A DNA stretch of 64,000 nt from Convolutriloba macropyga (lineage: Eukaryota), in assembly GCF_964194025.1 (NCBI RefSeq), contig NC_134471.1, positions 41,292,001-41,356,000 of the forward strand, in the 5' to 3' direction. The notes under the pieces are model-generated. The model saw only the letters and a program-made list of their open reading frames with translations, was not told the origin of the DNA and made no database searches. The position numbers were made by a program, and so were the translations under genes. Shown here piece by piece: positions 24,901 through 36,900 of the stretch (positions within the stretch are counted from its first letter, which is position 1; every line of letters begins with the position of its first letter).

Positions 24901-27900
24901 CCCCCCCATGGTATATACACGGTAATTTTCGTTGACGGGTGGAGGGATTTGCTATATGCTCGTTAAGCTAGGGGTAGGGGTGGTAATTATGGAAAGACCC
25001 GATTCAACTGCATTCTTTTTACTCACAAAGTTTAATGGTCAGTTTGATAAAGGATTCGAGCAACAATGCAATCACCTTCCTCCTAACTACTATTAAAATC
25101 TTGTAGTTTTACTCCTGATCTCACTCCCCAATTTCCCCCATCAATGAGGGTCTATGATACACAAAACTAGATACCGTTTTTGAGCTCGCCGCTCATTGAG
25201 TGACACAGCTTGCAGGTTTTCTATATATTCTGTCCTCGACCTCAAATTCTTATGCACCCAATTAAAACTCATGTATTGTTTTACAGCAAGTTACTGTGTA
25301 AAAGATAGCATGTTGTCCATGGAGCGTTAAAGATACATACCATAGGCGGGGTGCATCCGGTTTTCCAATCGTTGCAACCAACATTTCGGCTCTAATTGGT
25401 CAGCAGATATAGTTCAGTTTTATCTATTAACAGTACCATCTCTCCTGACTCTATCTATTTTGCTATGACGAAAGTTTCCAGAGTGACTACTGGCTATAAC
25501 ATGGCTATAACCTGAGGAATTCTATACGTTACGTTCGACACGGCCCCGTCTTTATTTATACGGTTAAATTTTACAATTTTTTTTGGATTTTGTGTCAATT
25601 TTTTTCTAAGTTCGCTCAGGTCTGTGTTATTGTCGGCGATAACGACGCCTCCACTTCATTATATATTATCAAAGTTTAGAGAGTTTAAGGACGCAATATC
25701 TCCCACGAAGATCAAGTTTAGGGGAAACAAGAGTAGAAAGGAACAGAAAACGGTTTTAGTTTAAAATAATAATGTGTACCTCAGTGAAAAACTTGTTGTT
25801 AATTATAAGAGTACCAACCATGTCAAACGAGACGATTTCCTTTTTCGCAAAACATTTCATTTCGATCGCAACGCAGAGGCTCATCGACACTTTGCAGCCG
25901 CTATACTCTTTGTTCTTGATGAGATTGTTTAGAAGTGGTAGATTTGATCAAACAAGTCTCTGAAAGCGGTATTAATATAATATTTTGATGTCATTAAATG
26001 TCATCTGTTCTACATCTGCCTGAACAAGTGTTCAGCCGCTCGTTTTTAATCACAATGTATATTTATTTATTTCCAGTACGAAACCTGGTTTTCATATCAT
26101 TACAGCTCTTTCGATTTCCTGAGATTTGTGTCAGATATATGGTTCCGAAATAAATTAAAATGTGCTCTCTTCGGATTCCCTTCACTGATAGAGGGTTATT
26201 CGACCTTAATGTGGACCGTGAACAGATTTCTCCCAAGTCGATGGGCAGCGTGAACGAACTTCCACATGCTGTGATGACGTTAAACAAGAGCAAGTGAAAG
26301 CATCAGGTGTGACATCATTTCCAGTACCTACAGCGAGAGCTATTTGGACTATCAAAGTGATGCTATTTGGACTATGAAAGTGATACTATTCGGATCTGAA
26401 AGAGATACTGTGCGGATCTTTTCAACAATTGACCCCCCCCCCCTTTTCTGCTATACTTTGCCACAATATTAGTTGGCCTACAGTTTAGATAGCCGAATAT
26501 CAGTTTAAGCGCAATTGCAGACCGCTGTTCACGGCCATGCCTCTCACGCGCTGTGGGATGTAACCCGGAAATCTCGGGTCGGTTATCGCGGCAAAACCGC
26601 GACGCGAAATTCTTTTCGCTTTTTATTCCAATTCGGCTAATTGCCCTAGCATGGCGCATTTTATTCTATCCAGTTTAACACATAGTGTGAGCGGTGACGT
26701 CTTAACAAATAGACGTACCAAAATGTAGAAATTTCAACGAATGTGATTGGTTGAGAAATTTAAAACACTTTACTTTTATGCGTTCAATTAGCCTAAGCTG
26801 GACAAAGCTTAATGCTAGATTATAATTTTTACCGCATCTGGCCATGCCTCGCGGGCCATGGCCATGCCTCAGCGACCCATGGGACTTGATATGAATCTAT
26901 CACAACCGAACGTGAGACCAGTTTCCCCCCAAAAATTATAATTATTCTATTTCGGCTTATCGCGATTTCTGAACAATTTTACGTTAACACGTATATCCTA
27001 CTTTAAAACACGGAGAATTTGTTGAGCTATCAGCCAATCAGAAAACAACATTCCTATTGTCTCAATTGTGATTGGATAGCAGTAAAACTTCTATATTTTG
27101 GTACGTTTGCCATTTTCACTAGCGCTAGTGTGAGCATACAAGGAAAGTTATTAGTCGTCACTGATTGGTTAATAAATCGCTCGCTTAAATTCTATTCAAG
27201 AAAAGCTCCCCCCTTTGCAAAAGGGGGCAATTGTTGAAAAGATCCTCCTGTGCTAAAAACTGTGTTAAAACTCCTTGACATTTTAAAAATTTAACTTAGT
27301 TTTGTCAGTCAGCATGATATTGATTAACAATCTTACATAAATTGAATTGTTTGAAAAGCAACTGCTTTTTGGAAAACAGACAGGACATAGTTGCAGCTTT
27401 GCATAAGAGTAATAAATTTAATTGAATTTGATTTCGTCGGCTAGATTGTTTGCGCATCAATTACAGTGGATGGAAGCCGAAAACCTTATATAATTCATAG
27501 TGTGCTTAATGGGAACCGCGTATGACTCAAAATACACAAAAAACGAACAGTATAATTCACACAGCGCTGAAATGGAACTCTGTAGGAATCATAATACACA
27601 GACTAGCAGTGTATAAAAACGAGCAATGTATAAATTATGCTTAGCAGCTCATGGCGTCATGCAGCAGATATGAAAAGCTAATTTTTAATCTTAAAGTTTT
27701 TATGTACTGCCTTCATAATGCCAAGAACAGGAGACTTTTTGGGAACAATTTCTTAGACGTCTAGAAGCAAGCTTCACGCAAAAAATGTGAGAAGGCAGTT
27801 ACTGATCCTTTTTTGTTTGTTTCGCAAACCAATTCGTGATTGATGTTTATACCGGAAAACTGATGCATCTATCAATCTATCAAACTTTGGACTATTAGTA

Positions 27901-30900
27901 AAATCTATTCAAAGCGAAACAGAACGCGGTCGGTTTCTGTTTTTTGGGTATAAATGTTTCAAAGTAAACTAACGACGTAATTTTATATACTCGCTGAAAA
28001 ACGGAATTGCTCAAAGTCCATTTGTACACGATAAACTGAATGTTTTCGAGGGGCAATTTCAGTAAACATTCTGACAGTCAATTGTGAATTGTATATGAAT
28101 CGGCTAAAATTTAATAAAATTCTGATTGATGAGACACTAACAACAATTGGATAAATACTCAGAGCTAAAGCGGAGATAAGTTTTCCAGTTTCCCATAAGC
28201 AGCAAAAACTTGAATGCCACTTGAAATCTGTTAAACTTGACCATGCCTTTATTATTTTAAACGAGCGTTTGCATTGAGTATTCAAAAGCTATATGATCAA
28301 GGTGAACAAATTCAACGTGGGGCTCTATTTATTGCCAAATGAAAAAAACTATCAAACTTCTCGTCCGGTTTTCTCTGTCAGTATGCGTGTCACATTTGAA
28401 AAAATTAGATCAATCCAGATTCTATCAGTTTTCAGTCAATTCAAACAAAATTTAAAAGAACGGTCATCAGAATGTTACTTAAAATGCTAGTCAAAGATAG
28501 GCAGTTTATCGTGTAAAATTTTGATTTACGTTTTTACTATTGTCAATGAGGGTACCTAAAAGATCTCTGATGGGCTCTAATAAAAGCTTAAATCTTTTAA
28601 GCTTCAATCCAGTTGAAAGCTTAAAATCGTTGAACTTAAGCAAAACCTGCGCAAAACTGTTTCTTTTTGAAGTTTTTCAGTTATATTGATCAGTTATGTA
28701 GTTCTTGATTTGAGCTTTTGTCTGAAGTTTGTCCTTTTTCTGAGGCAGAATGGCAAAAAACGTGAACATGGTATTTCTTCAGTTTTGAAAAAGAAATCTC
28801 ACCCCTTCTGTTATTCCCAGCTGCTCCCCCTCCTACTGATACACCTCTGTGACGTGGAGAAGCTGCAGATCCAATCCCAGTTCCACCTGGTCCACCTGTG
28901 TTAGTGTTGGCGGGGGTGGAAGTGGCGGCTGAGCATATACCTCTGGATGCCCTTCTCTTCCGTCTACTCTGCACTGGCACTCCGTCCACCTCTACAGACT
29001 GGTGGAACATGGAGGACACACAGTACTGGAAGTTTCGCTTCAACACTTCCGTCGCACTCACCTATAACAGACAGCTCATGCTTTGCAAGCTACATGCTCT
29101 ACCAAAAAGGAGATTGATTATTTTAAAGTCAATGCAACCCCCCCCCCCCCCCCGAAATGTATCATATTCGATATGACTTGACACATATTATACGGTATTT
29201 CCTAATACAATGCCTGTATGACGAAGACAAGTTTTATGGCAGGACACCTTTATAATCTGTTGCACCTAATTAGAAAGTCAGCAAAAATTTTCAATAGATT
29301 TTGCAAGATCGCCTTCAAAGCTTAAGTATTACTTTAATTTTTTAATTGCAAGAACTCTCGGTTTTAGAAAGATCAGTGTTAAATTTGCCAGTTATTGAGT
29401 TGGTTAATCCACCTCAAATAACAAATTTCTGGATACCATTATCGCACTCCTGTAAGGAAAATATAAGCTGTAGCTCTCTGAACTAACCCCAAGGAACCTG
29501 GCCTGTCTGACAGATACGAATACGAACTCTATCACACACACAATGAGACCCAGAGCCACTCCTCCAATCAGAATGTAGAAGATACCCATCACATTCCCCA
29601 TCTCAAGTGCATTCGCATTCGTCGACTACAAAAAACACAACACGTACAAACACGCGTTAACAAAAATAAACAACTCAAATTGCAGTTTTGCCGTTTAAGT
29701 GACTGTTTAAGTGACTGTTGTTTTCAGAAACATTCCGATGGCTCATCGACTTAATATAAATCGACTGAGAATTGATAGAATCTTAATATATCTTAATCCT
29801 CAAAAGTACATGTTGGGTTATGGACTTTCGCAAGCGGAATAAAAAGCGTTTTTAACTAAGTAAAAGAATTAATTTCTCGAAAATGAGAGAATAACAAAAT
29901 GATATTTTACAGTAGAATTTAGAGATTTACAGGAGAGATCTGATTATTAGATCAAGATTGTGATTTGAATTTGGGGATGAAAAAGGACTCAAAAATCAGC
30001 TGTATATATACCCATTATCAGTGTGAAAAAGTCAAGATACAAAACTAATCTTAGCACCGTGATTTATAGTGGGGGTCGCAAAGGTTACCCAATATGGTTT
30101 GCTTCTGCAAATCAGTCGCAAAAGGGAACCATAAATGGAATGCATTTGCACTTTTCTAAGAATTCATTCACACTTCCGGAGATATCATCATCATTTAATA
30201 CATGCTGGGAAGATTTTACATCACTTAATCTAACTCTAATAATAGTTATCTAGATTCACCAATTTGAACCGAATTTTGATTCTCAGCACCATTTCTTGAC
30301 GATTCATTTATATAATTTCTTTGATCGAAGTCATATTGCTTGTCTTTCTAATCTGGTAAGTCAAACTTTCTTTCTAATTCTCACTAAGTTTAAGACTATA
30401 GTTTGATCGATATTCTAACATCCCACTCAGACTTGAGCTGATTGCGTAGAGTCTGTTCCCATCAAAACTGCTCTGAATGTTTCCACTTTCGAAACGGGTA
30501 AGGACTTTGTGAAGATGTCCGCTGCCATTTGGTCTGTAGGAACGTAATGAATTGAAATAGTCCCATCTTCCGACTTGTCACGAATGAAGTGAAACTTTGT
30601 CTCGATGTGCTTGCTCCTCTTGTGCATGACTAGGTTTTGGCAAAGTCTGATACAACTTTGGTTGTCCTCTCCAATTGCTATTGGACGTTTCTGTTGGATG
30701 CCAAAATCCTCTAGAAGTTGTTTCAGGTAGAGTGATTCCTGAACTGCTGCTGCCATGCCCTGATATTCTGCTTCTGATGAAGAAAGAGCAACTGTGGCCT
30801 GCTTCTTGACACCCCAGCTGAGTGCTGCGCCACGTCCGTTGAGCTTGAAGTAATAGCCCGTTGTTGATTTTCTGTCGTTCACGTCTCCAGACCAGTCTGC

Positions 30901-33900
30901 ATCATTTTCCCCCACTAAATCATAACTAGCCTCTTTTGTGTAAGTAAGTTTTAAACTTTTTGAACCTTGAAGATATCGAAGAAGTCGTTTTCCGCACATC
31001 CAGTGTTGATTGGTAGGTGCATTCATGTGTCTGGACAGAATGTTGACTGTGAACATGATGTCTGGCCTCGTCTGTTTGGCCAGATACAGAAGTGATCCAA
31101 CCTAGCTTCTGTAGATCCTCTGGTCCACTTCTTCGTCTGCGTTCTGTGCTGTCTGAAATTTCAAATTCAAATCAGCTGGAGTTCTTGAGGGTTTGCATTG
31201 ATCCATTTGAAACCGCTCAAGCATTGTTTCTATGTAGCGTTCTTGGTCGACTGTGACTTTGCCCTCTTCTCGTCTGATTCTTAGACCCAGAAACCAGTGT
31301 AGTCTCCCTCTGTCTTCCATGTGAAATGTTGCTTCTAGTGCCTTCTTGACATCAGAGACCACTGTCATACTTCTTGATGCTACCATGATGTCGTCAACCC
31401 AGACCAAGATGAAGGTGTGATCCTCTGCCTCTGATCTTGCAAACAAGCAGTGATCGTTCCTGCTTCTGGTGAACCCCTGTCTCAGTAGGAAGTTTGCCAG
31501 CTGTTTGTACCAGTTGTTAGCAGCCTGTTTCAAACCATAAATTGATTTTTTTAGTCGACATACTATTTTCTCCCCATCTGATATGCGTTTTACAAACTCC
31601 AGTGGCTGTTCCAGATACACTTCTTCCTCGATTGGCGAGTGCAGGAAAGCAGTCTTGACATCAAATTGGTGCATCACATGGCCATGCTTCGCTGATAGCT
31701 GAAGTATAATCCTGAAGGTCACTGGCTTACAGGTAGGCGCAAAAGTCTCAAAGTAGTCCAGTCCTTCCACTTGTTTGAAGCCTTTCGCCACATAGCGCGC
31801 TTTGTTATTGTCCACTTGACCACTGGGTCCCAATTTCATTTTGTAGACCCATTTGCCCGGTATGACGTCCCTGTCTGTGGGTGGTCTCACTAGGTTCCAA
31901 GTCTCGTTGTCTTAGAGTGCCTTGACCTCGTCCTTCATTGCCCGGTGCCACTGGTCCCAATCGTCACCTTGCTTGGCTTCGTAGACTGTTTTGGGTTCCA
32001 CATAGTCGCCCTCAGTCACAGCAAGATGGGTCCTGACTTCTCTAAAAATTGCTGAACTTTCCTTGCTCGTGTCCGTCGTCTGGGCTCTGCCCTGTCCGCT
32101 TGGTCCAGTGCATCTTCATTGAAGCCAACTGTCTCTAACTGTGAGAAGTCTTCTCTGTCACTGTCTTCCAGTGAATCTGAGTCTCTGTGACTCCCTCTTG
32201 TTGCAGTAGATTCTTCATCTAGTGCTGTTTCTCCAACATCCGAGGCCTCTTGTCTCAGTGTTGTTTCTCGAGTTTTCACGCTCCCTGCGTCATGCCACTC
32301 CTCCTTTATTGCAGTAGATGTGTCCTGTCGTTCTCTGTTGTCATCGTCTTGATGACCATCATCTGGGTGCCAGATTCCCAGTTCCGACCCATCATCTAGT
32401 AGGTCAGCCGTTTCTTTGTTGTCAGGGATTGAGCCCACTTCAGACTCCTTGATGATCACATCTCGAACTGCCATCACCTTGCGTGTGTTGGGTATGTACA
32501 GCAGGTATACATTTTCTCCTTCGGTGTAACCCACAAACTTTCCTTCCAGTGCCTTGGGTTCAAGTTTGCTGACTTCTCTGTCCCTCTTCCTCATGAAGAC
32601 TGTGCAACCAAAAATAGATAATTTACTAATTGGAAGCTTAGGTTTTATACCTCTCATCAGCTCTGCTGGGCATTTTTCTTCTCGTCTCACAACCAAGTTT
32701 CTGATCCTTGCTGCTTTGAAGAATTGCTGCTCCCCACATCATCTTGGGAAGTCCTGAGTCAATGAGCAAACATCTTGCCATCTCCAGCAGTGTCCTGTAG
32801 CACCTCTCAGCTAACCCATTCTGTTGTGGCGTCTCTGGTATGGTGTTTTCCTGTAGAATGCTTGCATCTAAGCATTACGTGTTGAACTGCTCTGAGAGAA
32901 ACTCCTTCGCATTGTCTTGCCTCAGCTTCTTGGGTGTCCCCACACTGAGAACAAATTTCTTCAGGCTGGCCAGTGCTTCACTCTTTGCCTTAAGCAAGTC
33001 CACAAACACAAACTTCGTGTACTGGTCTGCAAACACTATGCAGAACCGGAACCCTGACAGTGACTCTACTCTGAAAGGTCCCATCACGTCTGTGAACACC
33101 CTCTCCAGCTTCTCTTCTGCTTGGGTCTCTGCCACTCTTGGTACTGGAGTCCTCGTGATCTTGGCCAATGCACACACATTGCATACATCATCGAGTTCCC
33201 CCACTGTCTCTAGCGCATTCCTGACCACATCCGCTTGATTCAAATGACCCAATCGTCTGTGCCACTTCCTTGCACTGTCAAGTTTCACGCTGTTGGAACT
33301 CGGAACTCATCTTGAATTCTAGAACACTGCAGGGTAAGTAAAACAAATTATTTTCTTGTGTTAGTTTTACCCGAGTTCCCTTCTGGAGTTTCATGCAGCT
33401 GTTTCCTCTCTCGAAAGTGAAGCTATGTCCCCACTCCGTGCATCTTGAGACTGATAGGAGGTTTGAAGAATAGTCCGGCACACACAGAACATTTTTGAGT
33501 TCGCATTGGAATTCCCCTTTGTTTGAGGGTATGCTGATCTTCACACAGCCTCTGCCCACCACTCTGGAAGCCTCTCCGTTGGGATTTCTGACCACTGATT
33601 GAATGGGCACAAAGTCCAGAAACGCATCGATGTTCGTCACTATGTGATCTGTACAACCACTGTCCACTAGCATGCCTGCTGTCTTCCACTGGGTAAGAGC
33701 TGCCCAGCATTCCTCGTCTGTTGTAGCCAATGTTGGACCCTTTGCCACTGACTCTTGTTTGCCTCCATCTCTTGTTCTCTTGCATGCCCTGTCTAGGTGA
33801 CCCTTCTCACCACACTTGCTGCATTGTTCTGTCTCCTTCTTCCTGCAGTCCTTGGCAAAGTGTCCAGGGATCCCACACACAAAGCAGTTTCCTTTCTTGG

Positions 33901-36900
33901 GTCCCTTCTTGAAGTCACGCTTCACTGCCAGTGCCACTGAACCACTTTGTCCCTTGTGTCTCTGCACCGTGCTCTCATGAAAGTTCTGCAGCCTTTTCCT
34001 CAACTCTGTGAAGTTCGTTGCCGGGTTGAAACTTTCCTGTATAACAAAACTTTCATACCTCATTGCCAGACCATTGAGGACCAAGGCGTTGAAGAGGGTC
34101 TCTGAGACTGCTTCCCCTGCTTCTTGTAGCGTTGTGAGCAACTCCTGTCCTCTGATGAAGAAGCTGTCCAAATCCTCAGAATCCTCGAGCTGCAGTCGAG
34201 CAAGCTGTGCCACTAAAGTCACCACTGTCGGCGTCTCCACACTCTGAAATCTCTCTTGCAAAAGCTTCCAAGCCTTTGCTTCATCTCCAATGCCATCATC
34301 TCCCACACAGTCATGTCTCATCAGCATGAGGGCTGTTGCATCTAGAGTCAGTGCCAGATGGCACCACACATTGTTCCGTTTCTCCTTGATGTCTGCAACT
34401 TCATTCTCATATGCATCCTTCAGCACCTTGTGGTTCTTCTTCTCATCATTGGTTGCCCCATTGGCCAGTGGCGCAGGCTCATTGGGTTGCTCCTCTGTCC
34501 CCAGTAGTGATTTGTAGAGTCCCTTCGTCTGCATCATCGCCACAAATCTTGTGCTCCAGATTGGAAAGTCCTGTGCCTTTCCTGTGTAGGTCAGCAGCTT
34601 CACTGTCTGTTGATCCATTGAAGTTTGAGCAGGCAAAACAATTGTGAAAAGAAAAGGTACTAAGCAGAAAAGGATTATGACTGTCAACAACAAATTGGTT
34701 TTGTTTTGGAAATCAATTTTATGACTTCGAAAATTGCTGGGCCCATAACCTGTTGGGTTATGGACTTTCGCAAGCGGAATAAAAAGCGTTTTTAACTTAG
34801 TAAAAGAATTAATTTCTCAAAAATGAGAGAATAACGAAATGATATTTTACAGTAGAATTTAGAGATTTACAGGAGAGATCTGATTATTAGATCAAGATGG
34901 TGATTTGAATTTGGGGATGAAAAAAGACTCAAAAATCAGCTGTATATATACCCATTATCAGTGTGAAAAAGTCAAGATACAAATCTAATCTTAGCACCGT
35001 GATTTATAGTGGGGGTCGCAAAGGTTACCCAATATGGTTTGCTTCTGCAAATCAGTCGCAAAAGGGAACCATAAATGGAATGCATTTGCACTTTTCTAAG
35101 AATTCATTCACACTTCCGGAGATATCATCATCATTTAATACATGCTGGGAAGATTTTACATCACTTAATCTAACTCAATAGTTATCTAGATTCACCAATT
35201 TGAACCGAATTTTGATTCTCAGCACCATTTCTTGACGATTCATTTATATAATTTCTTTGATCGAAGTCATATTGCTTGTCTTTCTAATCTGGCAAGTCAA
35301 ACTTTCTTTCTAATTCTCACTAAGTTTAAGACTATAATTTGATCGATATTCTAACAGTACAGATAGAAGTTTACCAGTTTTCAGCGAGCAGCTGATGTTG
35401 GCAGGGGGCGAGGCGGTGGAATTATGAACCGGGTAATCAAGGCAAAAATTGGCATAGATCAGACGATCCAGACAAAAAATGGCCGTTATTCGAACTGGCA
35501 CTCCGTCCACCTCCACCGACTGGTGGAACATGGAAGACACACAGTACTGGAAGTTCCGCTTCAACACTTCCGTCGCACTTGTACAAATTATTGCAAAGTA
35601 ATTTGAAAAAAATTCGAAAAAAAAAATTCGAAAAAAAAAGTAATTCGAAAAAAAACAGTAGTCGACAAAAATCTGACTACTGAGAGGATGTTTTCTAAAC
35701 GCGGGTCTGTTTTTTAACAGTAATCCGCCCCTAAATACTGGTTAAAAAAGTGTTCAACCAGATTAAATCATTTTGAAACAAATTTTTATCACAATCAATC
35801 TTGTTCACAATTCATATCATCAGGTTGAATAAATTTCACAAAGAAAGTCACCTCTATGTTCACCTCAAATGATGGCTAACATTTTTCTGAATTTTTTAAC
35901 TTAAGTACTGAAATTCTATCAATTGTTGATTTATATGAAATTCAAAACAAACAGTGACTGGAATCGTACTGAAACTCTCTTCAAAAAGAAGCATTTGGCA
36001 ATGCAAAAACTGCTGTTTGAGCGTTTACTTTTGTCCGCGAATTTTTTTATATAAATAGCATATACGTCATAATACCAACTGCTGTACGAAAGTAATCAAG
36101 TAGTTTACATAAACAATGACAATGAAAAAGTATCATGTAAAAGGGAATATCATGCAAAAGGGAATAAAACAAGCTTCCCAAATTTAGTACCTAAGAAACA
36201 GATGTCAAATTTTCAGACTAATTTTCTATTTATTGCCAGCCGTTACCACCTTTTTTAACGGCTTGCAATATAAACAAAAACAATGCAAATTTTTCATTAA
36301 ATTTGCTCTGATCATCTGCAGTCATATTAGTTTGATATCAACACAGCAAAGTAATGGTGCGTATATAAAAATTTTTTGATCTGAAAAATACTTGAAAGTG
36401 CTATGTTAATAGAAATTAATTTTTAGAAGAGAATGATTTACACAGACAATTCAAATCAACTTTCTTACTTTCTTTTTCGAAGCTCCACCGTTAACCAAAA
36501 GGACCAGAAAATGTTATTTTATGTCAAATAACAGAACAGTCTGACAGATAGCTATTCTTAACTAAAGCAATAAAGTATTCCTCTTAAATTGGGTACAGCT
36601 ATATTGAATGTTGCAACAAATTAATGAAAAAAAGTGTCACTAAAGGGAAAACGAATGTGTTACGAAGGCAGGGATCAAAAGCTTACGATATAAATTGCAG
36701 AAAAATTGACAAGTTTTCAAATTGAAACAAATAGTTTTTGCCAATAAAAATTAACTCTATACTGTTTTTAAAACGAAAGTTCCAATTTTAACAATTTAGA
36801 AAAGGTCACCTCAAAATTTGCAGAAAAAATTTTTTGCGCAAGAAAACAGACAAACCGACATATAATTCGCACGTACAGAGAACGACACTGGGCAAAATTT

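Larger units (their letters stand above)
29811..35356 (-). mobile_element. Ty1/Copia LTR retrotransposon, full-length but defective
   Basis: LTRs at 29811-30420 and 34751-35356 (about 8 substitutions and one 4-bp indel); TSD GTACA at 29806-29810 and 35357-35361; gag-PR-IN-RT-RH order. Confidence 0.96.

Noticed and set aside
34619-34693. Signal-peptide-like N-terminus on Copia Gag
   Set aside because: Depends on a TTG start in T-rich leader; the first ATG (MDQQTV) is at 34618
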